Positions 24,063 to 37,746 of a stretch of DNA of 64,000 nt are shown here, one piece after another. Origin of the DNA: Camelus dromedarius (Eukaryota); assembly GCF_036321535.1 (NCBI RefSeq), contig NC_087438.1, forward strand, positions 12,278,001 through 12,342,000. The letters are read 5' to 3'. The notes below the pieces were generated by a model, which ran no database searches, was not told the DNA's origin, and saw only the letters and a program-made list of their open reading frames with translations. Both the position numbers and the translations under genes were made by a program. The stretch's first letter is position 1, and every line of letters begins with the position of its first letter.

Positions 24063-26984
24063 CTCAAAGAAGGACACCTGGCCTTGTGCTGTTCTGCCAA
24101 CTGTTTGGAAACCTGTAACAAGTAGAAAAATTGAGGACAAAGGTTTAGAAACATTTGTAGCAATGTAAAAATGCCACGACATAAAAGCACATGATCGGTG
24201 GACTCTTCGAACCGAGTATAAACCAGTTTGGGTGTTGCCAGACACCGTAGTGAGTCACACCTGGCACAGCAGGGTTCTCCTATTGGTACCTGGCAGATTG
24301 GAAACAAAAACGACTGGTTCCTCACCACAGATGGTTTGAGAAGTTCTCTCTAGGGGATTTGCCAACTGCTACTCATCCTTTAAAACTCAAGTGGGAAAGT
24401 CACATCTTCCAGGGGAAGCCTGCCCAGAGATGCCCAACCACTCAGCCCCCTTCCAGCTCCACCTAACCACCCGGTGTGGCTTATTTCTAAGACTACTGAG
24501 GAAACTATACCATGATAAGGGTTTTTTTCTTGGTGTCCTACCCATCTTCAGTTGGGAGATTAGAAGCTCCTTAAGAGAGAGGACTGTGCTTTCAAATTTG
24601 TATCCCCAGCCTGTCTCAGAGAACGAATGAATGAAGCATCCTTCTGTAATCCTTATGTAAAAAGTGAGGCATGCTTGCAACTTATCTCAGAGGAGTTCTT
24701 CAGCATTAATATCTTTGTATTCACTCCCCTTCCCTTTGGAAAGAGTCAAGGTATAAATTAACTCGGGATATTATGCTATGTGATTGCCCTGTTTCACAGG
24801 TTCACACATGTAAGCCATTAAAGATTGTGTCCCAGGTTGCATGGAAAGTTAAGATGGAGCCAGGATAAATAACAACCATCCCAGGCACCAATCAAAGTGC
24901 TTAGTCAAATGAGTCCTGCTGCCACCTGTGTTCAGATACTGGAACAGAGCAATTACAGTCATTATGGTGTTAATCTGTGTAGCACATCACTCCAGAGAAA
25001 GTGCCAGGCAGCTTGTTCAAGTAAGGGTGTGGATGTGGCTTGGTTCCCAGCATCAGCCCAGCGACTGATGGACCTGGCCATGTCATTTCAAAGTCACTCT
25101 CCAATACTGGCTCATCACTTGTCACAAATGTCCCATAGCATTACAACATGTTAATAATAGAAGAAACTGGGACACTTTAACCTCAATTTTCCTGTAAAGC
25201 TAACATTGCTCAAAAAAAAAAGTCTATTAATATTTTAAAAATCACTTCCCTGTTGATTAAGAAGATATGGTTAATAATTATATACCCCCCCAACTAGAAT
25301 TGTGAGCCAGATCCAATTCATAAGGGTTGACTTTTACTCAATTATATTTCTTTAAAAAGTTTACACCATTTTATCAAAATCCCCAGGACAGTTGTTAAAA
25401 AGAAAAAAACAAACAAACAAAAAACATGACTGTATCTCAGGGGTGGGCTTGGTGCCTAAGAATCTGCATTTTAGTAAATACCCAAGTACACAACTCTGAG
25501 TTTGCAGGTAACTGCTTTAGGTTGTCAGAATTCATCAGCTTTTCCATATAAATGCACAGCTTTAAAAGGTATAAAGATAAACTGGAGCAGCAAGATTCTA
25601 TTTGCTGAACAAACAGCAAAGTGCAAGATATCAACATTCAAGTATTTGGGGGTGAAATCAGTTGTTTAAAAGGGCTATGTTAAATTTACAAGAACTTTGA
25701 GAAAGTTGACAGAGAAGGGGATGTATTTTAAATCAGTAGATTTCTAAGAATATCCACTTGTTACCTTTTTTTTTTTTAAAGTTAAGGGCGTCCTTTCAAG
25801 GAGCTTTGTTGCCCCTTGGTCAAAGCTGTTTGGGCTAAAACATGAAATCCTGCCTTCTGAGAACTGACCAAGAGTCAAGAATATTAATGCCAGATTGGGC
25901 ACGTTTCTCTGAGGCTAAGTCCCTTCTTAATTATCCTCCTTATTTCTCTGACACCATGCTAATAGAGTGTTGCACTTGCAAAATAAAACACCAAAAAAGC
26001 TCACGTTACCTTCTCTTCTTTAGCTGCAAAAATTAATCCATCAGTGACAAATATATATTTGTAAATAGATGGAACCATTTCCCCACTTAAAGGAGACTTC
26101 TGTACATGTATGTGTCAGTTTTTGTTTCCACCACATGTTTGTTGGGTTTCGTTGAAATGGGTTGTCTTAATTTCCTTTGTGATTTCAAATTGAGTTTCTT
26201 TGCTGTTGTTGTTCTGTTGCTGCGAGCATTTCCTAATCTGGATGTGTCTTTGTGTACAGAGTCTTTTTCATTACTTTGGTTTTCATAAAGTACTCACCTT
26301 TAATTGCTCCAGTCCAACTAATGGTTTAATTACTAGTTACAGAAAGGGAAAGTTCTGGAGTTTCTTTCGCACAAATTAGAAGTTAATAACTGACACAACC
26401 TTAAAATCCTGTTTTTCATGCTTAACTAAACAGCAGTCCCTTTCAGTTCGCTTATAGTCTTGGATGTTTAAAAATTCACATGTTTTTGCCTTTTGAACAA
26501 ACGAACATTAAGGGACTCCTTTAATGTTGTTTAAATTTTTAAACAAGTGTTCCTTTTATTTCTCATAACTGACAATCCAAAAACCCTCAAGGGAGTTGTT
26601 TGTTTTGGGGTTTTTTTATGTGAAACTTTAAAACAATTGTGAAAGATTTCTTTAGAAGGAATAAAATGGGAGGGGGGAATACCTGAAAATTTCATATTGT
26701 CGAATTAAACAGGTACAAAAGAATAAACACAGAAATAAAGCAGAGATAAGACTCTCAAAAAACTAACTTGCTAGCAGTCATTTTTCTAAACAAGATGGGC
26801 TTCGGCTGAGACATCATTTACCCCATCAGACAGTTCTCAGTGGATGGTCAATGCCAACTTTGAGCAGGATCGATGCCCCACCACTTCATACACCAGCAGG
26901 AATGCTTACTAAATTGATATCCCACACAAACACAGAGCTGTTTTCATAAATTAATCCATTTCCGCTTAAAGGGTCATGTCCTGA

Positions 26985-27343
26985 ATATCATATGATATCA
27001 CTTATATATGAATCTTAAAAAAAATACAAATTTTATTTACAAGCCAAAACTAGACTCATGGACATAGAAAACAAACTATCATTACCAAAGAGGAAAGGGC
27101 AGGGGAGGGATAAATAGTTTAGGATTAACAGATATAACATTACTATGTATAAAATAGATAAACAGCAAGGACCTACTGTATAGCACAGGGAACTATATTT
27201 AATTTCTTGTAATAACATATAGTAAAAAAGAATCTGAAAATATGTATATGTGTGTATATGTATAACCGAATCACTTTGCTGTACACCTGAAACTAACATT
27301 GTAAACCAACTACACTTCGATAAAAAATAAAATTAAAAAAAAA
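26985..27343 (+). mobile_element. Cetartiodactyl-type L1 3' end
   Basis: atatcatatgatatcacttatat...agactcatggacatagaaaacaaact...cctactgtatagcacagggaactatat...gaatcactttgctgtacacctgaaactaac, then an A tail. Confidence 0.9.
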
Positions 27344-27931
27344 AGTGCTGTGTTCTGGTCCTGTTGGGTGTGATAAATAAATGGTATAAAACTCCATGAA
27401 ACCCTCCATGATAATATATTCTGTCCACTTGGAGTATGTTTGAAAGTTCCTTTTCTCTCTTGATTGCCTGTTATCTCCATGTTTCCTCTCTTCTATTTCA
27501 TAGGCGTGGCTCTGAGGCTGACTTTCCAAAATTTACCCACTCTCCACCTCTGTTCATCACAGAATCTTTACCACTTCCAAACCTTGTGCCTTCACTTATC
27601 ATCACCCCCAAACTTGTATTTTCAATCCTTCCTGCTCACATTATCCAAGCCAATAAATGTGATCAAGTCTCTTTCATTTGAAAATGGCTGTTTGTTAACC
27701 CAACTGCTCCCTGAACTACTAGGCCATCTCTCCTCAAATCCTTAGCTTTTCATTGTCTCTACTTCACCCCCAGGCAATTTACTCTTCAACCCCTTAGGAT
27801 TGAATTTTTGCCCTCTGCCCCATTTTCTTGAAGGTTGCCGTGACCTCGGAATAATCAAATTGAACAGCCTGTTCTCGAATTCCGTCCTCCTTGACGATGC
27901 CCCTCTTTGGGAACTCTCACCTCTTAGCGTT

Positions 27932-28108
27932 GGGGCCAGCTTCATGGGTGTGCAGCCTGTAGGTCTAGTTGCACAGGGCCCTACGCTCAGAAGGGGCCCT
28001 GTGTTTGGTTTAATACTTGCTGTATTGTCTTAAAATCCTAACGATTTTTGAATCAGGGGTGCTGTTTTTCATTTTGCACTGGGCCCCCAAAATTATGTAG
28101 CCAGTCTT
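27932..28108 (+). mobile_element. MER45A (hAT-Tip100 MITE), apparently within L2 remnants
   Basis: ggggccagcttcatgggtgtgc...cacagggccctacgctcagaagggg...tttcattttgcactgggccc...aattatgtagccagtc. Confidence 0.85.
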
Positions 28109-28489
28109 ACCAAGCTTTCCTAACACTGCGTGTGGCTTGTTGGCTCATCTCTTTGGCCTCTTTCTCTGTCATTTTTACAGGCCTTTCTTCTCCCTTCCTC
28201 CTCCGAGTGATAGTCCACCCTAAGCATGTGTTCTCTTCTCCACCTCTCACAGTCTTGTCATTAATTCTCTGTTCATCAGCTGCCATCTCTTCATAAATGA
28301 TTCCCAAACCCAGAACTCAAGCTCGAAGAAGTCCCAGCCCCCTGTTTCCAACCACCTATTGGATTTCTCCTAGTGAGGTTCTTCTTAACCGTTCACACTC
28401 CCAAACTAACCCTTCTTCACTCACCTCATCCACTTTTACTAACTTCCCTGTATTTATTAATGGAATAATCATAATTCAGTCATCTTGAT

Positions 28490-29010
28490 GAGTGGGTATC
28501 TGCTACTCAGAGCTGCTCTACATCTTCTGATGATCTTACCCACATGCTGAGAGTGTCCTCACATTGGGAATCCCTCCAAGCCAATGGACAATCCTCAAAC
28601 TTCCTTTGCTCCAAACACGTGCCTTCAATTCTACCAGCTGGATGCATCCATTCAAGGTTTAACCTGGGGAACAAACTACGTGGGGACCCAGGGGAGGATC
28701 AAAGTGACGGTGATGACGACACAGTTGGAAGCAGAGGATCGGTTTTTGTGGTCAGCCATGGGGACATCACTCCCAGACTGCCCCAGCGCGGTTCCTAAGT
28801 TGGTAGGTGAAGCCACCTCTGACCAGCCAGGCCTGCTCTGTGCTGTGGTTCTAAGAATTATTTCTGGAAGCTTAGCCTAAAGCTCATGCCTTCAGCCCTT
28901 CCAAAGATAAGGCAAGTTTTATGATAGTCTTTAATAAATCTCCTCTTGCTTAAATTTTCCCAAGTGCATTTTGTTTTCTGCCACTTGCCAGTACCTTAAG
29001 AGGAGTAACA
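28490..29010 (+). mobile_element. ERVL LTR (LTR33-like)
   Basis: gtggttctaagaattatttctggaagcttagcctaaagc...cagcccttcca...aataaatctcctcttgcttaaa matches the recalled LTR33 3' half. Confidence 0.6.
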
Positions 29011-29019
29011 CCCCAAGAC

Positions 29020-30480
29020 TGAGGAAAGTGAGGCCCTGTGCTTGGGGGCACTTTCCTCAAAATGCTCTAAATTCCATTGGGTGCCCAAGACTGGCTGAGG
29101 ACAGCAGTGCCATCCAGAGAGGCCACCCTGGACCCAGATCAGGTCCTACATGGCCTTTAGTCTCTGCCTTTCCCCTTTGGGGTTCTCACTAACCCTCTGC
29201 TGTGCACATGGTGTCATCTGGAATCTAGGACTGGCATTTATCGGGGTCCTCATGGAGCTGATGGCTGGACCTCATTCCCAGGAAGACAGCCTAGATTTTC
29301 CTACTGGCCAATACAGTGTGTTTTTCACAGGATCATGAGTGATTGGGCCCCAGATTGATGCTGAACAGCTGATTTTGCATGACTTTCAATCACCTGGGAC
29401 AAAGGAGGGCTGCAGAGCTCTTTGCCACCAATAGTCCCCCAGTGACCTTGGGCTCAGCCTGTGCATGGACTCCTGTGTCAGGTCTCATCTATGTTACAGC
29501 CAGCAGTGGTACTGCCCAGGCCTACAGCATCCTTGGGCGGTGCAGAGGCAGCAGGCGTCTTTGCCCTGTGTGCTTCCCACCCCTGGCACGTAGGATGGTC
29601 ATCATACTCCTTCCACTGGCTCTGCTCCTCATGTCAGGCAGCTCTCCTGGGTTAACTGCACATCCTTGGTTTTCTAGACAGTTGCTCTGCAGTGTCAATC
29701 AGCCCTTGTGAGCCATGTCCTCACTTACCTCCAATCAATGTGGTGTCATTATCCTCTTGTGGGTGGACCTCAATCTAAGCCAGATGAGAGGTGGACATTT
29801 CTTGTATGAATGGGACCAGTCTTGCATTCCACTCATGGCTCCTCCCTTGACCCCTTTATTGGTGGTGCTGTGTGAACAGCAAAGTGCAATCAGCATTGAA
29901 ATAGATCACATGTTCGGAATGCCTTGATTGTAGCTCAAAGAGGTCAAGAGAAGGTGGAATTGGTAGATGTGTTGTTCAATGGTGATGCTATAAAATTCTC
30001 AGTGGTAAGTTTAACAAGACCCAAAGGTGAACTCTCATTCTGATTTTCCTGTGTACTCGGAGTTGGACTTGGATTTGCGGCCACCATCCACAAAGCACTG
30101 TGACAACCTTTGAAGGGGTCACTGGCAGCCAATTTCACAGACACACCATGGATGATGTAGTGTCATAAAAGATGCTGCAACACCATTAAATAAATGACAT
30201 GAAGAAATGGTGGAGGTCAGAACTTCTGTATTGTTTTAAAACAATGAGGTTCTGAAGAGCCATGATACCATGAGTAATAAGTTCCCCAACACTTTTCTTG
30301 TGGTGGGAGATAACAAATGAGCCCCAAATGACACATTTGACAACAAGAACATGAGGAGATTTTTCTGGATGTGAACCAGAAGGGCTGGTACCTGAACCCT
30401 TGGAAAAATCTTGAAGTTCGCTCAGTAGAACAAACACTAAAGGGTCCATCATTCTCAGTCTTCATGGAGAAGTCACCATG
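29020..30480. mobile_element. Possible highly degraded ERVL internal sequence
   Basis: Adjacent to the LTR33-like element. Minus-strand translation gives only faint echoes of the ERVL pol connection region (ESSPLG...P-EQH). Confidence 0.25.
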
Positions 30481-30934
30481 GCTCACATGGGCTCATGAAT
30501 TTTGTAATACACTTTTAAATCAAGTTTTTTATATACACAGGAGTCCCACACATCCTAAAGGAAAACCACACAAAAAACAGCCTCAGGCTGTTCTACAAAA
30601 GAGAAATTTGGGGATGTGTCACAGGGACGATTCTATACAAACTCTCTTTAGCAACCTGGCAAGGGCTTGATTTCCACACCTGAAATCATCACGATTGCTA
30701 TTGCTTCTTAAATGAGACAAGAATATGTTTGGAATGTTTTTTCCCCCTGAAGTTTCCATTAAATGTGAGAGCACATCCGCTGAGAGTATTACGAAAAAAT
30801 CAGATAAGTGCAGAAAATTGTTTATATAAAAATGTCCAGGAGAGAGCTGTTTAGAACAGTTAAAAAGCTGGGCACAGCCTAAGTGCCCCTCAGCGGGAGA
30901 GCAGTTGCGTAAGTCATGGGAAATGTGCGCCGCA

Positions 30935-31350
30935 GCGCATCTGTTCTGCGTAACAAGCCCCCTAAAACTAAGTGGCTTCAGACAACAACGACTTATTATT
31001 TCTCACAGTCCTGTGGCCCAACGGGGCTTGGCTGCTGCTGTCACCTGGGCTCTCGGAGGCAGCTGCAGGCCAAGGGGCACCAGCTGTGACTGGTGATGGG
31101 ACACGGCCTTCCTCCCGGGGCAGGAGCCTTGCTGGGGCAGCTGGGACAGCTGGCTGCTCCCTCCTGGGTCTTTCTTCACACCATGGAGGGCTCAGAATTC
31201 CATTCGGGCAAGAACAGAACTGCAAGACCTTTTGAGAACTTGCAAAGAAGTCACGTGACCTTGCTTCTTCCATATATTATTGGTCAAAGCCTGACATAAG
31301 GCCATCCCAGATTCCAGACTCTCTTGATTTGAAGGAACTGTAGAGCATGT
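30935..31350 (-). mobile_element. MaLR LTR (MLT1F/G-like)
   Basis: ctgcgtaacaagccccctaaaactaagtggcttcagacaacaac...attatttctcacagt...attggtcaaagc...ccagattc. Confidence 0.7.
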
Positions 31351-31379
31351 GTGCCCATTTTTTTTGGGGGGGGGGGAGA

Positions 31380-32095
31380 CAGTAAAAATTTACATAATAC
31401 CAAACTCACCATTTTAGGCCTTCTGTGGGGGGTGGGGGGGTGGGGAGCAGGTAATTAAGTTTGTTTATTTATGTATTTGTCTTAGCAGAGATACTGGGGA
31501 TTGAACCCAGGACTTCATGCATGCTAAGCAGGCACTCTACCAATGAGCTATACCCTCCCCACAACACACACACCATTTTAAAGTATACAGTGTCACTAAT
31601 ACATTCACAGCGTTGTGCAGCCCTCTGTCTAGTTCCAGAATATTTTCATCACCTCAAAAGGAAACCTCACAGCCATTAAGCAGTCACTAAGATTCACACC
31701 TACCCCCAGCCTCCGGAAGCCACTAATAATTTGCTTTCTGTCTCCAGGGATTTGCTTATTGTGGATATTTCATATACATGGAGTCATGCCTATCTTCTAT
31801 GACTGGCCTCTCAATCAGCATGTTTGCAAGGTCCGTCTGTGTTGTACCCTGGATCAGTACTTCATTCCTTTTCGTGGCTAAGTAATATTCCATTGTATGG
31901 CTAGACCACACTTGGTGTATCCATTTGTCACTTGATGGACATTTGGATTGTTTTCACATTTTGGCTGTGTGAATAGTGGCATTGTGAATACTTGGATACC
32001 TGTTTTCAATTCTTTGGGGTGTATACCTAGGGATGGAATTGCAGGGCCAGATGGTAATTCTGTTTTGCTCTTTAAAGAACTACCAAACTGTACTC
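31380..32095 (-). mobile_element. L1MB-like 3' end containing a SINE insertion
   Basis: caccattttaaagtatacagt...atattttcatcacc...acttcattccttttcgtggctaagtaatattccattgtatg...ggggtgtatacctagggatggaattgc. Confidence 0.85.
31417..31560 (-). mobile_element. tRNA-Ala-derived SINE (vic-1-like)
   Basis: ctggggattgaacccaggac...ctctaccaatgagctataccctcccc; TSD caccatttta at 31407-31416 and 31571-31580. Confidence 0.9.
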
Positions 32096-33055
32096 CTCTG
32101 TGGCTATTTTTAATCCAGCAAACTATCCATATTTATTGATGTGGAGACAGGAATAAGTTACAAAATGATGTGTTTCATCTGCATGCTACAGAAACTTAAG
32201 TAAAACAAACAAACAGTGTCTATAAGCAGATATGTTTATTCTTCTCTTATAAACAAAGCCTGGAGGGTTGGGATGTTCTGTAAAGTCTCCAAGGACATCA
32301 GCTCCTTCCAGTGCTGTCTCTCTCCGCAGTGGGCCACTGTGTCCCTCAGCCTCACACTTTATGAAGGCACCCTCAGCTTCCTAGGCTGAAGGAAGCAGTG
32401 AGAGGGCCATGGCTGATAGAGGAGGCAAAGAGCTCGCCCACTGTCTCTTATGGCAGGTTCCCAGGAGTCTTCACACATTGCGCCTTCTCCTTCTTGGCCA
32501 GAACTCTGTCTTCAGCTGCGAGGAATACTGAGACATGTGATATTTATTCTGGATTTTTAGCTACTCAGCTAAAAACTGTTACTTGGGAGAAGAAACCAAG
32601 AGGTACTAGGGAACAGCTGCCCATCTCTTCCCGCCTGACAAAATTAATTGTATAGAAAACAAGAACGTTTAACAGATGTTATCTCTTGGTAACAAGGGCA
32701 GGCAATTAAAATTATTCTTGATATTTTTCTATGCTTTCTGAGTTTGTGACACCTATAAAATCATAAGGTTAATCTTTTTTGAAAAAATAAAATACTCATT
32801 TCTTTTATCAAAACAGAACTTCATTCTTTCTTTCGTTTTTTTTTTTTAAAGAGTTCATTTTGTATCTCTGATGTCAGGTATTAGAAAATACAAAAATGAA
32901 TAAGACAGGATCTCTAAGGAAATCAATAGACCAGTTGCAGAGAGAGAGAGTGAGCTACTGAAAGATAATTTTGAAATGACTATGGAAATTTCTATAGCAG
33001 AGCATACATAAAGTTTTCAGGGGAACTTTAAAATAAAAAGTGAAGCCTAGGGGAG

Positions 33056-33448
33056 TGTTATGGGCTGAGCCATGTCCCCCTAAATTCATATGTTGAAGTC
33101 CTAACTTCCAATACCCTGACACGTGACTGTGTTTGGAGACAGGGCTCTTAAAAGGTGATTAATTAAAAATGAGGCCATTAGGATGGGCTCTAATCCAATA
33201 TGACTGGTGTCTTCATAAGAAGAGGAAGTCTGAGAACACACAGAGACACCAGGGATGCTTGCACAGAAGAAAGATCACGTGAGGACGCAGCAAGTCAGCC
33301 ATCTGTGAGCGAAGGAGGGAGGCTTCCGAAGAAACCAACCCTGCCACCACCTTGCTCTTGGACTCCCAGCCTCCAAAACTGAGAAAATCAATCTGCTGTT
33401 TGTCACCTAGTCGGGGTATTTTGTGATGGCAGCTCTAGCAAACTAATA
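33056..33448 (+). mobile_element. MaLR solo LTR (MLT1B-like), near full length
   Basis: tgttatgggctga...aaattcatatgttgaagtcctaa...ctaatccaatatgactggtgtc...ggactcccagcctcca...ggcagctctagcaaactaata. Confidence 0.88.
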
Positions 33449-33729
33449 ATAAATCTGGAGAAAATTCCCAGAGAGCTGCACTTGAACCAGGACTCAGTGG
33501 ATGAGTAGGCCTCTACCAGGTGGCAAAGAGAGCAAAGCACATTCTAGGCACAGGGCAAAACCCCAAGTTACGAAGAGCATTTCAGCAAAGGGTACCAAGG
33601 ACGGTTAGGCAGAGAGCGCGTGTGTGTAGAGTTATAAGATACAAACCCCAAAATTTGCATTAACCCTCCGTTAAGTTAGTGTAGCATAATATGCTGTACA
33701 TGTCTGAAAACTGACTCTCTGTAAAGGAT

Positions 33730-34094
33730 GGCCCTGATTTACACCGCAGCATTTGCTAATTTCTGCAGCTTGCATACTCTCACCGGGGCTGACTTCAGGG
33801 ATTCCCCGAACGTGGAGTGGGGAAGACCCGCACAGAAGCACATCACTATTCAGTATTTCCGCCACACACGATGCAGTGGACATCGCTAACTTCAAGTGCA
33901 TGGATAAGAGTAAAAATGTACTAGAATAATTTGTAAGCAATCAGGGCTGAGGATGTACTATTTGGAGTTTTAATATAATTTATTTAATTGTAAGTTTGTG
34001 TAACTTCATTTTGACTAATGGCTGTGCTGAACACCTGGCTCACAAAATGCCTGAAAACAGTCTGTTCTCCTGAGTGAGTATGAGCACACCCCTG
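33730..34094 (-). mobile_element. MER63-like (hAT-Blackjack)
   Basis: aatataatttatttaattgtaagttt...taatggctgtg...ctggctcacaaaatgcctgaa...agcacacccctg. Confidence 0.75.
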
Positions 34095-34712
34095 TTTACA
34101 GCTACTGTTTCATAAATTATTGCGCTTGCCCTTGGTGGGGTTAAGACTCAGAAAATAAAGTAATGCATAGCAGCGTTTATCATCTGGTTGAAAACATGAC
34201 ACACACATGTTCAAAGGAACTTGGGATAATTGTGAAGAAGGTAGAGGATTATGGGAGGCAGGAGGAGGCATCTCTACAGCTGTGGTAGTAGTTAAACCAT
34301 CACAGAGGAGGTGGGAGAGACTGGAATCTTACAGTGTAAATCAACAGCACTTTACAATTGCACTTAAATTCCTCCAGGGACTCCTTTACAATTAGCATTA
34401 AATACCAGCTCCCTTCAGACTGATAAAACCCTGCAGGACCTACCTTACAATCACTCTGGCATTCTGGAACTAAATCCTGCCTCAGGGCCTTTGCACATGT
34501 GTTTCCTGTACCTGCAATGTCTCCCCTCACCTTTCACTCATCCCCATTCACTATGCATGGCTGCCTTGTCTCCTCGCTCAGAACTCAACTCAGGTGTCCT
34601 CAAATCAGCCAGTCTAATTCTGCAATGACATTGGGTCACGTCGCTCCACCTCTTTTTTATCCCATAGCCTTTATCACTCTTTGAAATGATCTTATATTCT
34701 CTTTGTTTTCCT

Positions 34713-34908
34713 CAGGGGTTAGCAAACTACAGTCCATGGGTCAAATCTGGTGCAAAACCTGTTCTTGAAATGGACTTTTACTGGAACCAGCCACCCCCAG
34801 TTCCTGACAGACAGTCCAGGGCTGCTTTTGCAATACAGAGTCAAGCAGCTGCAACAGAGCCCAAACTATTGATTTCTGTCCCTTTCAGGGAGGTTTGCTG
34901 ATCCCGGG
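34713..34908 (+). mobile_element. MER58A inserted in L2 (L2 ~34430-35060)
   Basis: caggggttagcaaactacagtccatgggtcaaatctgg...ttttactggaac...gtttgctgatcc; the flanks have L2 motifs (ctcagggcctttgcacatg; ctccactggaacgctagctccttgggagcaggg). Confidence 0.8.
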
Positions 34909-35540
34909 TTTACTTGCTTGCTGTGTTTATGTGTTGGTTGTCTGTCTTCCTCCACTGGAACGCTAGCTCCTTGGGAGCAGGGTGTTTGTCTCTTTTATCC
35001 CCTGCTATATCTCAAGCACCCAGAGGAATGTCTATTGCACAAATGAAGGGGTGACAGTATTATTAACTGAAGGGCTTGCATGTTAACACTGGCCCAGCCT
35101 AATCATAACACCAATATTAACTAGCACTACCATTGCCACTGAAGGCTAAGGTGTGCTAACAAGAGCTGGTGTGGGCGGGGCGCTGCTCTAAATGCTTTGC
35201 TTGAGATATCGAATCAGCAAGGGGGGTTCCATGCTACCCATTTTATGCAGGAGCAAATCGAGACTCAGAGTTCAAGCAACTGCCCACCTCCCCGCGGATG
35301 GGTGTGGCACACAGCCCCGTGAGGTCGCTCAAGCTTATGCTCTTTCATCTGTCCTGAAAGACCATGAACTTCGGAGTAAGAGCTGAATTCAAAAGTCAAG
35401 ACTTTACCTCTCTACAACTTTGTTTAATGTGAGGTTGGGAAATTATCCCCTAATTCCCAGGACTGAGTAAGATAAGGAAGGCACCTAAAGCAATGCCTGG
35501 CATGCAGTGGGTACTCAAAAGCGGTCATTTCCTTCCTTCT

Positions 35541-35639
35541 TTTTTTTTTTTTTTTTTTTTATTGGAGGCATTGGGGATGGAACCCAGGACCTCGTGCATG
35601 CCGAGCATGCGCTCTACCACTGAGCTACTACCCTCCCCC
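35541..35639 (-). mobile_element. Short tRNA-Ala-derived SINE (head plus pure poly(A))
   Basis: Poly(T) run then attggaggcattggggatggaacccaggacctcgtgcatgccgagcatgcgctctaccactgagcta; TSD ccttcc(t/c)tct. Confidence 0.88.
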
Positions 35640-36439
35640 ACCTTCCCTCTTTTTTAAGACAAGGAATGGGACAAATTCCATTCAGTCCACCCTTGACCTT
35701 CCACCTGGCAGTGGGCCACAGTGTGTCCAGCCAGCTGTCCTGCCTGGCCAGGTGGCGGCGCCTGTGTTTTCACAGCAGGGACAGCTCTGACCTGGCCTGG
35801 AGCACTTGTGAGCCCCCTCCCCTCGCACCTTTCTCCTTTTTGACCCTGGCCGCTTACCTGGATTGAAAAACAATTCCACCACCTCTTCAGCTTCTTTGCC
35901 TTTGGGAAAAATAGTCCTATTTAGACGCCTTCTGCCTCCACCTTCTGACACCAGGCCCCCTGGGTTCTGATCACTGCTCCAGAACAAACAGAAAAATTTC
36001 ATCAGAACGCAATATTCAGCAGGACATAAAATGCCAGTGGTCTGGACACTGGCATCTGAGTAGGTGCAGAGAATTTTGCAAATGGAGAAAGTCATGAAGA
36101 GTTTTGCAAGAATCTGAATATGTTAAAAATATATTAATTTGGTATAGCCAGAAAATAAGCATGAGTGGGTGGTGGGAACAGTGACATGCAGATACATCAT
36201 GGGCTGTGAATTAGTCATGGGGCTCTTGAATTAAGCAAGAAAAACGAGTGCTGGCAAACTTAAGGGGGAAAGGAATTTATTTGCAGTATACTGGGGAGCT
36301 TGTGGAATCAAAGGGCGGCATCAGAGGGCAGAGGCTTCCTGTCTCAGCACCACGTTGAACAGATAGCTCCTCTCCCCGCAAGCACCTTATCATGTTGGGC
36401 ATCCTTTATTATTCATGTACTTCCAAACTGAGAGACATT

Positions 36440-36770
36440 CCACAAAAACACTTGGCCAGTACTCCTCAAATTGTCGAAGTCAACAGAAGCAAGGAAAGAC
36501 AGAAACTGTCACAGACCAAGGAGGCTAAGGGGGGTCAAAGGTAACGTGGGACCCTGGGACAGAAAAGGGACATTTGTACAAACACCAGTGAAATCCGAAC
36601 TAAGTCTAAAGTTTAGTTAATAGTAACATACCAATGTTGGTTTCTTCCTTTTGACAAATGTACAAGATAACATAAGATGTTAACACAAAAGGAACAATCT
36701 GTATTAGGTTTGCAGCTTTTCCATAAATCTAGAATTATTCCTCACAAAAGTGTGTTGTTAAAAAAATTTC
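36440..36770 (+). mobile_element. L1MC4-like 3' end
   Basis: gccagtactcctcaaa...gaaactgtcacagacc...gtgaaatccgaa...gtttagttaatagtaacataccaatgttgg. Confidence 0.75.
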
Positions 36771-37083
36771 AAAGGTATAGGGAATCCACAAAAGTCCAAG
36801 AAAGATAACGCAAAAACCACAATGGCAAGTGATTCCCCGTGCCAAAGAGGAGTGGGAGATGAGCGTCCGTGAGTCACAGCTGAGACTCTTACATAAATCA
36901 TGAATCCCCAAAGACTATACCCTGGGAAATGCACAGCATGGAAAATTCCCAGCTCTTGTCAAAGGCACTGACAAGAAAACTTGTCAATTAAGGCCTTGAT
37001 GTGGGATGAAAATGGAAACTTTCTTGAGAACTCATAAACCCAAGCAGCTCTGATTCTGGTTTAGACTTTCAATTTGTACCACC

Positions 37084-37445
37084 TGTTAAGGGCAGAATTA
37101 GGCAACCAACCCCCAATTCATATGTTGAAGTCCCAACCTCCAGTGTCTTGAAATGTGACTGTATTTGCAGACAGGGCTAATTCAGTGTGACTTGTGTTCT
37201 TATGAGAAGAGGAAGTTTAGACTTAGAGAGGGACACCAGCGGCATGCAGGCATGCAGAAGAAAGGCCACGTGAGGACACAGGAGGAAGGCAGCCGCCTGC
37301 AAGCCAAGGAGAGAGGCCTCAGGAGAAACGAACCCTGCTGACACCTTGATCATGGACTTTCAGCCTCCAGACTTGTGAGAAAGTGAATTTCTGTTGTTTA
37401 AGCCATCCAGTCTGGGGCACTTTGCTATGGCCGCCCTAACAAGTA
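37084..37445 (+). mobile_element. MLT1B-like LTR
   Basis: aattcatatgttgaagtccc...tgcaagccaaggagagaggcctcaggagaaac...cctgctgacaccttgat...tttctgttgtttaagcca. Confidence 0.85.
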
Positions 37446-37447
37446 TA

Positions 37448-37746
37448 ATCTGCAGGGTGGGCTGATGTGCTAGAAATCCAGGGAAGGGTTGAAGTTTGAG
37501 TCCAAAGGCAGTCTGCTGGGAGAATTTCTTCTAGCTCAGGGGAGGTCAGCCTTCGTTCTTCTAAGGCCTTCAACTGTAAGAGGGACCCACCCACATTACG
37601 GATTGTAATCTATTTACTCAACGTCCATCCATCTAAATGTTAATCTGATCCAAAAAACACCTTCACAGAAACATTCAGAAAAATGCTCCATCAAGTATTT
37701 GGGCACCATGGCCCGGCCAAGTTGACATATAAAATTAACTATCACA
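37448..37746 (-). mobile_element. MLT2 (ERVL LTR) fragment
   Basis: gagtccaaaggcagtctgct...cccacccacatta...aatgttaatctgatccaaaaaacaccttcacagaaaca...ccaagttgacatataaaattaactatcaca. Confidence 0.85.
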
